Assembly: GCA_963842525.1 (NCBI GenBank)
Contig: CAWJGT010000009.1
Location: forward strand, 1,792,001 to 1,856,000
DNA length: 64,000 bases
Origin: an uncultured Holophagales bacterium
GTDB lineage: Bacteria; Acidobacteriota; Thermoanaerobaculia; Multivoradales; UBA5704
Reading direction: 5' to 3'
A model generated the notes under the pieces. That model saw nothing but the letters and a program-made list of their open reading frames with translations, was not told the DNA's origin and ran no database searches. Shown here piece by piece: positions 52,157 to 61,263 of the stretch; the first letter of the stretch is position 1, and each line of letters begins with the position of its first letter. A program made the translations under genes and the position numbers.

Positions 52157-52766
52157 GGTGCGGTCCTTCGAGGCTCTCGTAAATCGTCCGGAACGCCTGT
52201 CTCGCTCGTGTGAGCAGCGACTCTGCCGCCTTGGGACGTACATCCATCCGTGCGGCGATATCCTCGACGGAGAGGCGGTCCAGGTATTTCCATTCCAGCG
52301 CGCGGGCGTAGTGCTCGGGCAGGCCGTCGAGCGCCATATGTACCAGGTGCGCTCCTTCCTGCCTCAGGAGCGCGGACTCGGGATCGCGAAGGTGTTGCGA
52401 GCCGAAGCCGGGAGCAGCTTCCACGGCTTCGTCGAGCTCGACGTCGAGCGGTACGGTCCGCTGGTGGCGAAAGTGCATGAGGATCTCGTTGCGGCAACAG
52501 GCGCACAGCCAGGTCAGAAGCGATGCCTTGCCCCGATAGGTGTCGAGCTTGGCGAGAGCTTTGGTCATGGCGATCTGCACGATCTCCCGGGTCACGTCGC
52601 GGTCGCCGCGCAGCCGGGCAAAGACGAACCGGTAGAGGGCCTTGAAGTAACGCTCGCCGAAGGCGTCGAAGGCTCTCTCCTCGCCCGCGAGCATGCGTTC
52701 GACGAGCTGTAGGTCCTCCGTGTGATCCGTCACTGGCTGCCCGAGAAGCATCGGTGATTCGCTCAT
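52149..52766 (-). CDS. ECF RNA polymerase sigma factor (start uncertain)
   Basis: Region 2 (LYRFV...TWL...RN) and region 4 (LSVEDIA...SLLTRAR); overlaps the FecR start. Confidence 0.9.
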   Translation of the reverse strand: MSESPMLLGQPVTDHTEDLQLVERMLAGEERAFDAFGERYFKALYRFVFARLRGDRDVTREIVQIAMTKALAKLDTYRGKASLLTWLCACCRNEILMHFRHQRTVPLDVELDEAVEAAPGFGSQHLRDPESALLRQEGAHLVHMALDGLPEHYARALEWKYLDRLSVEDIAARMDVRPKAAESLLTRARQAFRTIYESLEGPHHG

Positions 52767-52816
52767 GGCCGGCAGGGGCGATGATAGAGCCATGCCGGGG
52801 TGCGGACAACGGGCTC

Positions 52817-53527
52817 TCAGTCCCGCCGGAAATCGCTCAAGGTGATGTCGTTGTCCTGCACCAGCCCGACACCGGGGCAATAGACCTTGATGCTTTCGTG
52901 TCCCGGCTCGAGAGGTGAGGTTTCGACGACCTCGCCGCAGTCTTCGAAGGTCTCGCCCGCGGCGGTCACCGAGAATCCCATGCGGGCATGCCTGGCGCGG
53001 TCGAGGGCCACCCCGGGAGCGATCTCCTGGTAATAGCGCGAGCCGATCAGGAAACGGGCGGGAACGATGATGCCGGGCTGGGCGCCGGCCACTCCTGCCT
53101 GCCAGGCGCCGTCGTGGCTGACCACCTCCCCATCCTCATAGATGTCGACCGCCTCTCCGAAGTAGAAGATGTCGTTGGTTTGCACACAGCGGGCGAACCA
53201 GTTGCGCGAGATCTCGACGATCTCCCCGTCGACCCATTCCCTTTCGACGACCACCCGGGCCTGGACCGACATCGGCGCGCCGCCGGCCGGCGTAAACTTG
53301 ATCAGCTTGGTGTTGTTGGTGACGGTGATCTGGACCTTGACCTCTTCGCCGTCGTCCTCGCCCTCGAGCGTGATTTGATCGCCTGGGTGGAGGCTGAAGT
53401 ACGGGTTCTGACGGCCATCCGCGGCGAACGTGCAGCTCTCGATCGCGAAATCGGTGGTGAACTGGGCGGTGAGCGTTGCCGGAACGAGCGCCATGCTTGC
53501 CAATGCCAGACTCAGTGCAATTTTCAT
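52817..53527 (-). CDS. Conserved-looking secreted hypothetical protein
   Basis: AAGGAG RBS, signal peptide, NPYF.L.PG, YFGE, W.AG, YYQE, K.YCPGVG. Confidence 0.75.
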   Translation of the reverse strand: MKIALSLALASMALVPATLTAQFTTDFAIESCTFAADGRQNPYFSLHPGDQITLEGEDDGEEVKVQITVTNNTKLIKFTPAGGAPMSVQARVVVEREWVDGEIVEISRNWFARCVQTNDIFYFGEAVDIYEDGEVVSHDGAWQAGVAGAQPGIIVPARFLIGSRYYQEIAPGVALDRARHARMGFSVTAAGETFEDCGEVVETSPLEPGHESIKVYCPGVGLVQDNDITLSDFRRD

Positions 53528-53703
53528 GAAGAGCTCCTTTCTCCCGAAGCGTCGTTGATTCTGCCGCCGCCGTAAAGCCGGGGCGGCTGCCGTGCCTGCC
53601 CCTCTTGGATGCACGGCGGACCAGAATCCTTCGCAAGGAGCTGTCGAGGCGATGGAACCCCCTCTCCAGGCAGCGGAGAGGGGGGCTTGAAACAGAGAGC
53701 TTT

Positions 53704-55308
53704 TTACGGGCAGGTTGCGAACGCGGAGACGTCCTGCACGGGCGCGAAGGGCTTGCCCTGCGGGTTGAAATACTGCCGCACACGGCCGGTCTCGGTGTCG
53801 GTCACGTTGATCAGGACCTCTACATTGGTCAGGCCGCTGGCGAAGACCCAGAACCGGTCATTGAAGCTGCAGGCGTCCACCAGCTTCACGGTCAGCTCCG
53901 TGTTGTCGGAGTCGAAGAAGTAGAACTGCCCGGAGCTGTCGGTGTGCGAGCCGACCTGGGCCGGCCCCGAGGAGGTACCGGTCTTCCACTGTGCCTGGAC
54001 CTTGAAACGCCCGCCGTCGAGGCAGAGCGTCGTCGCATCGGCCGTGCAGGTGCCGGGCGCGGACACCGGCGTCAGGAAGCCGAAGAAGACGTGCTCCGCC
54101 AGGGTGCGGCCGCTCGTGAGCCCCGCCTGGTTGTCGTACTGCCAGTGGATGCCGCCGTAGACCCGGCTCTGCCCCGCCTCTTCGGCGGCTTGCGAGAAGC
54201 TGGTGAACGAGCGCGTCACGCCGGGGAGCCCGTCCGTGGTGGTCGAGAAAGAGAAGGCGTCGGTCCCGAAGAACAGCTCGAGCAGCCTGGACGACGAGCC
54301 GCTGAACGTGCTGTGGCCCGAGGTGTAGGAGGGGAACGGCGGCGTCGCGATGAGCGGCTCCCAGGCCGGGTCGGCAATCGTGTCCGGATTGCCGTCGGTG
54401 TCGGCGTGCTGAATGCCGGTGACCGGGCGCCAGTCGTTGTAGGCATATTTGGCGTCCCAGGAAACGATCGCCGCGTCGGCCACGGTGATGCCCAGCAGGG
54501 CGAACAGCCGGGCGTTTTCGAGCAGCGAGAGATGCTCCTGCTGCGAGACTCCCTGGGCGACGAGGAGCCAGTGGCCGGGCGGTGTGGCAGTGCCCGCGCC
54601 GTCGGCCCAGAACAGGGCGATCTGCGTCTGATCGGCGGTGCGACTGGTGCTGTTCTTCTCGCCGAGCCTTTTGACCTCGCGGAAGGCCGCTGTATACGCG
54701 CCGCTGGCCGACGAGGGCTTCGGCCCTACGCGGAATTGTGACCCCTTGGTCATGCACCACGGCGTCACGAGGGGCCAGTTGGGCAGCAGGGCCGGGGCCA
54801 GGGCCGGCGGTGTCGGAATCCACCAATGGGCGCCGGTGGGAGACTCATAGCTCAGCACCTGCCCTGCATGGTCGTCGGCCCGCAGGTCGAGGATCTCATC
54901 CGCCACCGCTTTGCCCCAGGAGACACCGGCGATCTTGGCCGCACCGTCGGGGAGGGCGGCGAGCGAGGTGACCAGCGCGGCATCGAAGGTGGCCTGCTGG
55001 GCCGGGAAGAGCGCCACCAGGGCCTGATGGGCCGCCGCCGCAGCAGCGGCCTCGGGCAACGCGCCGCCCGGAGGGCTCGTCGTCACGTGGAAGGGCGTGT
55101 AGCCGCCCAGGATGCCGTTGACGGCATCGAAGATGGCCACGTGGACGAGGGCCATGGCCCGGCTCGCCTTGGGCGGCGGCGTCCTGTCGGCTCGGATGGC
55201 GTTGAGCAGAACGATGTCCCAGTCGATCACCACGTCGGCGCGAGCCTGCACGGCGAGGCCGAGCAGGGCGGCGATGCAGAGTCCTACTCCGGTCAGCTTG
55301 CGCAGCAT
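53704..55308 (-). CDS. Vanadium-dependent haloperoxidase (PAP2 superfamily) with an extra C-terminal domain
   Basis: WDAKY..WRP, PPFPSYTSGHS, SRVYGGIHW vanadate/phosphate-binding motifs; signal peptide. Confidence 0.87.
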   Translation of the reverse strand: MLRKLTGVGLCIAALLGLAVQARADVVIDWDIVLLNAIRADRTPPPKASRAMALVHVAIFDAVNGILGGYTPFHVTTSPPGGALPEAAAAAAAHQALVALFPAQQATFDAALVTSLAALPDGAAKIAGVSWGKAVADEILDLRADDHAGQVLSYESPTGAHWWIPTPPALAPALLPNWPLVTPWCMTKGSQFRVGPKPSSASGAYTAAFREVKRLGEKNSTSRTADQTQIALFWADGAGTATPPGHWLLVAQGVSQQEHLSLLENARLFALLGITVADAAIVSWDAKYAYNDWRPVTGIQHADTDGNPDTIADPAWEPLIATPPFPSYTSGHSTFSGSSSRLLELFFGTDAFSFSTTTDGLPGVTRSFTSFSQAAEEAGQSRVYGGIHWQYDNQAGLTSGRTLAEHVFFGFLTPVSAPGTCTADATTLCLDGGRFKVQAQWKTGTSSGPAQVGSHTDSSGQFYFFDSDNTELTVKLVDACSFNDRFWVFASGLTNVEVLINVTDTETGRVRQYFNPQGKPFAPVQDVSAFATCP

Positions 55309-55509
55309 GAGTCCTCCCTTTGTCAGACGGTGGCAACCCCGTGAGGAAGTTACATTTCAGGCGTATCTTAATGAATGCCGATTGTACTAGTCCGGGACCA
55401 AGTGAAGACCCGAATCCGTAGACCCAAAATAGATCTAGACTCCCTCCAGATCCAGGACAAGTCCATAAAATAGAAGAGTAGCAGCCTTAGACCTGAGAGG
55501 AGGAATGGG

Positions 55510-56361
55510 ATGAGAAGGAAGAGCCTAGAGGGAAAGTCTCACGTCGCGTTACGCGCTGTGCTGGTCGTCGCCGTCGCCGTCGCCGGGCTCGGGGCGCCTC
55601 TTCACGCCATGGACATCAACGGCTTCCTGCCGAGCCGCGGACACGGGGACCTCGCCGTGTCGTATACCGCCGAGGGCTACGATGAGTTCTGGGTCGGCAC
55701 GACCAAGGTCTCCGATCCCGGGGTCGGCGAGGTGGACATCAACAGCTTCAGCGTCTGGCTGCAATGGGGCCTGACGGACCGCCTGGCGATCGTGGCTAAC
55801 CTTCCGTATGTCGACGCCAGCTCGGACGGTCTGGGCGGGTTCGAGGACAGCGGCCTTCAGGACCTCTCGGTCCTTCTCAAGCTCCGCTTCCTCTCGTCCG
55901 GCCCGCACAACCTGGTCGGCGCGGTGGGCGTGCGCACCGCCGCCCAGGACTACGAGGCCAACCTGCCGGTGGACCTGGGAGACAACACCACGGACGTCCT
56001 CTTGCGGCTGGTCTACCAGTTCCAGACGCAGACCTTCTACATCTCCCAGCAGGTGGGCTACGACCTGCGGAGCGACGAGGCGCCCGACGGGTTCCCTCTG
56101 TACACGGAGCTCGGTTTCACGGCGGGTCGCGTCACCTTCGGCGGCTTCTACTCCTACCTGAGCGCCGACGATGGCACCGACATCGGCGACCCGGGCTTCA
56201 CCTTCCCCAGCAACAAGGAGGAGTACTCCAGGGCGGGCGTCAAGCTCTACGCCCGCGTCACCGAAATGGTCGGCCTCTCCGCGGCCTACTTCACCACCCT
56301 GGACGGCCGCAATACGGGAGACACCGACGGCCTCTCGGCGGGGGCGGTCTTCAGCTTCTGA
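55510..56361 (+). CDS. Putative outer-membrane beta-barrel protein
   Basis: Signal peptide, alternating beta strands, C-terminal Phe (GAVFSF). Confidence 0.65.
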   Translation: MRRKSLEGKSHVALRAVLVVAVAVAGLGAPLHAMDINGFLPSRGHGDLAVSYTAEGYDEFWVGTTKVSDPGVGEVDINSFSVWLQWGLTDRLAIVANLPYVDASSDGLGGFEDSGLQDLSVLLKLRFLSSGPHNLVGAVGVRTAAQDYEANLPVDLGDNTTDVLLRLVYQFQTQTFYISQQVGYDLRSDEAPDGFPLYTELGFTAGRVTFGGFYSYLSADDGTDIGDPGFTFPSNKEEYSRAGVKLYARVTEMVGLSAAYFTTLDGRNTGDTDGLSAGAVFSF

Positions 56362-56448
56362 AAATGTTTTTTGTCATTCTTACAGCAGAAACCGCGGTCT
56401 CAAGGCGCGGACCGCGGTTCCTCGGAGAATGGTCTGGAAGACGGAGTG

Positions 56449-57528
56449 CTACGGCCGCAGCCAGCTCGTGCCCTTGAGGCGCTCGGCAAAGGAGAAGCTC
56501 ACCTCGCTCGGGCAGCTCGCGGGGCCTTTCCAGCAGACCGTCGTGCCAGGCTCGGCGGTCCACTTCTGCTGGCCGGAGATCGGGTGGATGATCGAGACCG
56601 ACACCTCGGAGGTCACGGACGTGCAGTCGCGGTCTCCCGCGGCGGCGCAGGCCGGCAGCACCCGCAGCGTGGCGTCACCGAGCGCCCCGTCCGGCCCGAG
56701 GTCGATCAGCAGCTCCAGCGAGACGCGGTTCGTCTTCCCCTTGGCCAGCGGGAAGAGGTCGATCCGGTAGCTCGTGCGCGCTCCCGCCGACAGGGGAGAG
56801 GACTCCTCGCCGCGGTAGATGGTCGCCAGCTTGTGGAGCCGCTCGGCCTTCCTGTCCGTCCGGCGGGTGCTCCAGGCCGTGGCGCGCAGCATCCGGGAGA
56901 CGACGTTGAAGACGTGCAGGTCGGCCTTCGTGAAGGTGGTGGTCCGGCAGCGTTCCAGGAGCAACTGGAGGCCTCGTCCCGTCTTGCCGTCGGAGGTCAG
57001 CCCGCCGTCCTCAAAGCCGAGGTTGTCGATCGCCAGCAGGGTGGAGAAGTCCTCGTTTTTCAGGGGTTCCATCGTGGGATCGAGGATCACGGCCATGGCG
57101 AACGGGTCTTCGAGGCGGCTGGGGTCGGAGCTCGCCATGTCGCGGATGAGGTTGAAGGAGCTGAGCTGCGGCTTCGCCGGGTTGCGCCGCAAGCGGGTGC
57201 GGCTCGGGATCACGCTGAAGAGGAGCTGGCGGTCGGCGCCGACCACCCGGCCGGTCGTGTCCTCCTGCTCCATCAGGGCGAGCCCGGAGAGCTCGTTCGA
57301 GCCCCCCGCGTAGGTGAAGAGGAAGGTCGCCGTCTGCTCGCTGTACCCGGGTCCGAAGAGGACCGCCGAACGGCCGAAGAGGGCGTGGAGCTGGTCGGCG
57401 CTGCAATTCACCTGCTCCGCCGTAAGTGGTTGAGTCACCTGGGCTTGCGACCCAATGGGAAGAAGGAAGAGGGCGAGGCCGACGAGAAGAAGGGTTCCCG
57501 TCGAAGAACTGCGTAGGGTGGGCTGCAA
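56449..57528 (-). CDS. Hypothetical secreted protein
   Basis: AAGGAGG then TTG at 57528; signal peptide; host-like codon bias; several Cys. Confidence 0.65.
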   Translation of the reverse strand: MQPTLRSSSTGTLLLVGLALFLLPIGSQAQVTQPLTAEQVNCSADQLHALFGRSAVLFGPGYSEQTATFLFTYAGGSNELSGLALMEQEDTTGRVVGADRQLLFSVIPSRTRLRRNPAKPQLSSFNLIRDMASSDPSRLEDPFAMAVILDPTMEPLKNEDFSTLLAIDNLGFEDGGLTSDGKTGRGLQLLLERCRTTTFTKADLHVFNVVSRMLRATAWSTRRTDRKAERLHKLATIYRGEESSPLSAGARTSYRIDLFPLAKGKTNRVSLELLIDLGPDGALGDATLRVLPACAAAGDRDCTSVTSEVSVSIIHPISGQQKWTAEPGTTVCWKGPASCPSEVSFSFAERLKGTSWLRP

Positions 57529-57861
57529 GAGAACCTCCTTGGCTGTCAGGCCGGTTGCCGGCCTCGCCGCTGCCACCGGCCCTCAGCAAGGATCGCGCCA
57601 CCCCACCCGAAACCTCACCCCCTGTCCCCCCTCTCCCATCGCCCTCCCACCGACCGGGAGAGGGGGGACGCGTTCATTTGAGTAAGCTGAAATGGAGGCG
57701 TTGTCCCCTCCGTCCCGCGATGCCACACCCTAAGTAGTGACCGTTGCCGCGAGGCCGCGAGGCCCGGGATCTGCCCATGGCCCGGCCCGCACGGTAGAAT
57801 CCCGCCTCCGCGGGCGCCCCGGGGGGCGCCGCAGGCAGATTCCCAGGAGAGAGGAGCGAAC

Positions 57862-58734
57862 ATGGAGATACAGACGGTCGGCGTCGTCGGCGCCGGCGTG
57901 ATGGGGTCGGGTGTGGGGCAGAACCTCGCCCAGACGGGCCACCAGGTGGTGCTGGTCGACATCTCGGACGAGATCCTCGACCATGCGCGTGAGGAGATCC
58001 GCAAGAGCCTGCGTTTCCAGGGTATGTTCCAGAAGGGCGCCCAGGGGACCAAACCGGAGAGCGCGGACGTCGTGCTCGGCCGCATCCGCTTCACCCAGAG
58101 CCTGGACGACCTGGCCGGCGTCGATTTCGTGGTCGAGAACGTGCCGGAGAAGTGGGACATCAAGAGCAAGGTCTATCCGCGGATCGACGAGATCTGCCCC
58201 CAGCACGCCGTCTTCGCAGTCAATACATCGTGTATTTCGATCACCCGCGTCGGCGGCATCACCAAGCGCCCGGACCGCGTGATCGGCATGCACTTCATGA
58301 ACCCGGTACCCTTGAAGCCCATGGTCGAGGTCATCCGCGGCTACCACACCACCGAGGAGACCATCGAGACCGCCCGCCGGTTCCTGCGCCAGATGGGCAA
58401 GGACTGCATCGTGGTCAACGACTATCCGGGCTTCGTCTCCAACCGGGTGCTCATGCTGACCATCAACGAGGCCGTGTTCGTGGTGCAGGACGGCGTCGCG
58501 ACGGCCGAGCAGGTCGACCAGCTCTTCAAGACCTGCTTCGGCCACAAGATGGGCCCCCTCGAAACCGCGGACCTGATCGGGCTGGACACCATCCTGTTTT
58601 CGATCGAGGTCCTCCACGAATCCTATAGCGACAGCAAATACCGTCCCGCTCCGCTGCTCAAGAAGATGGTCGACGCCGGCCTCCACGGGCGAAAGAACGG
58701 AAAAGGTTTTTACGACTACAGCGTCTCGCTGTGA
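57862..58734 (+). CDS. 3-hydroxyacyl-CoA dehydrogenase, FkbK/ZmaG-like
   Basis: [36 protein letters not shown]. Confidence 0.9.
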   Translation: MEIQTVGVVGAGVMGSGVGQNLAQTGHQVVLVDISDEILDHAREEIRKSLRFQGMFQKGAQGTKPESADVVLGRIRFTQSLDDLAGVDFVVENVPEKWDIKSKVYPRIDEICPQHAVFAVNTSCISITRVGGITKRPDRVIGMHFMNPVPLKPMVEVIRGYHTTEETIETARRFLRQMGKDCIVVNDYPGFVSNRVLMLTINEAVFVVQDGVATAEQVDQLFKTCFGHKMGPLETADLIGLDTILFSIEVLHESYSDSKYRPAPLLKKMVDAGLHGRKNGKGFYDYSVSL

Positions 58735-58754
58735 ACATGGACGGACCGATCCCC

Positions 58755-59018
58755 ATGGATGATCAGACGCAGGGCAAGATCAAGGAGTTTCTCTCCCGTT
58801 TCTTCAAGAACCACGACCTGCAGCCGGACGAGGACATCTTCGCCCTCGGCTTCGTGAACTCACTGCTCGCCATGCAGCTCGTGGCGTTCGTGGAGAAGGA
58901 GTTCGGCATCCGCGTCGAGGACGAGGACCTCGACCTCGACAACTTCCGCTCGATCCGGGCGATCTCGAACCTGATCGCCCGCAAGACCGGCGCGGCGGCG
59001 CCCGCGGCCTCGGCGTGA
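58755..59018 (+). CDS. Acyl carrier protein, FkbJ/ZmaD-like
   Basis: DIFALGFVNSLLAMQLV.FVEKEFGI (NS variant of the Ppant site typical of these ACPs). Confidence 0.88.
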   Translation: MDDQTQGKIKEFLSRFFKNHDLQPDEDIFALGFVNSLLAMQLVAFVEKEFGIRVEDEDLDLDNFRSIRAISNLIARKTGAAAPAASA

Positions 59019-60157
59019 ACCTGGAGCTTACCCCCGAGCAGCGGCGGTTCCGCGACGACGTCCGCGCCTTCGTGGCCGCGGAGATCGCACCGCACGCCGG
59101 CCGCTGGGACCGGGAGGAGAAGATCCCGTCCGAGCTGGTCGGCAAGCTCCGCGAGCGGGGGTGGCTCGGCTCGCTCCTGTCCGCGGAGCATGGCGGCGGC
59201 CGCACGGACATGATCACCTACGGCCTGCTGACCGAAGAGATCGCCCGCGGCTGCTCCTCCGTCCGCTCGCTCCTGACCGTGCACGACATGGTGGCCCATG
59301 CCATCGAGAAGCGGGGGAGCCGGGCGCAGAAGGAGCGCTACCTGCCGCGCATGGCCTCCGGCGAGCTGCTCGGCGCCCTGGCGCTTTCCGAGCCCAACAT
59401 CGGCAGCGATGCCAAGAGCGTCGAAACCATCGCGACCGCGACCGAGGACGGCGACTCCTGGGTGCTCGACGGCCGGAAGAAGTGGACCACCTTCGGCCAG
59501 ATCGCCGGCCTCTACCTGGTCCTTGCCCAAGTCCAAGGCAAGGGAAAGCCGGCGGCCTTCCTGGTCGAGCGGGAGACGCCGGGGCTCCGCGTCGAGCCTC
59601 TCGCAGGCATCACCGGCACCCGCGCCTCGATGCTCGCCGAGCTGTTTTTCGAAGGCTGCCGCGTCCCCCGCGGGCAGCTCATCGGCGGCGTCGACTTCGG
59701 CATGCTCGTGGTCTCGAACGCCCTAGAGCAGGGCCGCTACAGCGTGGCGTGGGGCTCGGTCGGCATCGCCCAGGCCTGCCTCGACGCCTGCCTGCGCTAC
59801 ACCCACGAGCGCCGGCAGTTCGGCGTGCCCCTGTTCGAGCACCAGCTCATCCGCGCCCTGCTCACCGACATGATCGTCGGCGTGCGTGCCGCGCGCCTGC
59901 TCTGCCTGCGGGCCGGGCACATGCGCGCGCAGGGCGGCACCGCCGGCAACGCCGAGACCATGGCCGCCAAGTACTTCGCCTCGCGGCTCGCCACCCGCGC
60001 GGCCAACGATGCCGTGCAGATCCACGGCGCCAACGGATGCAGCGAGGACTACCCGGTGTCGCGCTACCTGCGCGATTCCAAGGTCATGGAAATCATCGAG
60101 GGGAGCACGCAGATCCAACAGATCCACATCCCCACGTTCGACTTCCCCGAATTCTGA
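59015..60157 (+). CDS. Acyl-CoA/ACP dehydrogenase, FkbI/ZmaE-like
   Basis: CSSVRSLLTVH, ALSEPNIGSD, G.KKWTTFGQ, QIHGANG, EIIEGSTQ. Confidence 0.9.
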   Translation: MNLELTPEQRRFRDDVRAFVAAEIAPHAGRWDREEKIPSELVGKLRERGWLGSLLSAEHGGGRTDMITYGLLTEEIARGCSSVRSLLTVHDMVAHAIEKRGSRAQKERYLPRMASGELLGALALSEPNIGSDAKSVETIATATEDGDSWVLDGRKKWTTFGQIAGLYLVLAQVQGKGKPAAFLVERETPGLRVEPLAGITGTRASMLAELFFEGCRVPRGQLIGGVDFGMLVVSNALEQGRYSVAWGSVGIAQACLDACLRYTHERRQFGVPLFEHQLIRALLTDMIVGVRAARLLCLRAGHMRAQGGTAGNAETMAAKYFASRLATRAANDAVQIHGANGCSEDYPVSRYLRDSKVMEIIEGSTQIQQIHIPTFDFPEF

Positions 60158-60171
60158 GACGGAGACACGCC

Positions 60172-61248
60172 ATGATCGATACGGCTCCAACCCTGGCCGA
60201 GCTGGACAAGAAAAAGAAAGAGAAACAGTCCATCAAGTGCGTGGTCTGGGACCTCGACAACACCGTGTGGGACGGCATCCTTCTGGAGGATGACGAGGTC
60301 ACGCTCCGCCCGCACGTCGTCGAGATCCTGAAGACCCTGGACGAGCGCGGCATCCTGCATTCGATCGCCAGCCGCAACGATCACAAGACGGCGATGGCGA
60401 AGCTGGAGGAATTCGGAATCGACGAGTACTTCCTCTACCCGCAGATCAACTGGAATTCCAAGGCTGCCTCGATCACCCAGATCGCCCAGGACATCAACAT
60501 CGGCCTCGACACCATTGCCTTCGTCGACGACCAGCCGTTCGAACGCGAGGAGGTGGCCTTCACCCACGAGAAGGTCCTCTGCATCGACTCGGCATTGCTC
60601 GACGACATGCTCGACCGGCTGGAGCTGAAACCCCGTTTCATCACCGAGGACTCGAAGATCCGCCGCAGGATGTACATGGCGGACATCGCGCGCAACCGTG
60701 AAGAAGCCGAGTTCGTCGGCCCGACCGAGGAGTTCCTCGCCACGCTCAACATGATCTTCACCATCGAGCCGGCGAAGGAAGAGGACCTGAAGCGCGCCGA
60801 GGAGCTGACCGTCCGCACCCACCAGCTCAACACCACGGGCTACACCTACTCGTACGAAGAGCTGGACGAGCTGCGCAAATCGCCAAGCCACCGGCTGCTG
60901 ATCTCCAGCCTGGAAGACCGGCACGGCACCTACGGCAAGATCGGCCTGACGCTGGTCGAATGCGAGCCGGACGTCTGGAACGTCAAGCTCCTCCTGATGT
61001 CCTGCCGCGTGATGTCGAAAGGCGTGGGGATGATCATGATCCACCACATCCTGCGCGAGGCCCAGAAAGCCGGAGTCAAGCTCCGCGCCGAATTCGTCTC
61101 CACCGACCGCAACCGCCAGATGCTGATCACCTACAAGTTCGCCGGCTTCAAAGAGATCGAGAGAAACGGCGACATCATCCTTTTCGAGAACAACTACGCG
61201 GCCGTGCAGCCTCCGCCGCCCTACGTGGATCTGCGGGTGGAGGGGTAA
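60172..61248 (+). CDS. fkbH: FkbH-like glyceryl transferase/phosphatase (HAD-IIIC)
   Basis: KCVVWDLDNTVWDG, SIASRN, FVDDQPFER, RTHQLN, LMSCRV. Confidence 0.92.
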   Translation: MIDTAPTLAELDKKKKEKQSIKCVVWDLDNTVWDGILLEDDEVTLRPHVVEILKTLDERGILHSIASRNDHKTAMAKLEEFGIDEYFLYPQINWNSKAASITQIAQDINIGLDTIAFVDDQPFEREEVAFTHEKVLCIDSALLDDMLDRLELKPRFITEDSKIRRRMYMADIARNREEAEFVGPTEEFLATLNMIFTIEPAKEEDLKRAEELTVRTHQLNTTGYTYSYEELDELRKSPSHRLLISSLEDRHGTYGKIGLTLVECEPDVWNVKLLLMSCRVMSKGVGMIMIHHILREAQKAGVKLRAEFVSTDRNRQMLITYKFAGFKEIERNGDIILFENNYAAVQPPPPYVDLRVEG

Positions 61249-61263
61249 GAAAAACGCGGTTCC

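Noticed and set aside
59161-60171. N-terminal extensions of FkbH (similarly IDI from 35627, IPK from 30705, GNAT from 10897)
   Set aside because: They overlap the upstream genes out of frame; better starts with RBS or stop-start coupling exist at 60172, 34745, 30159 and 11395.
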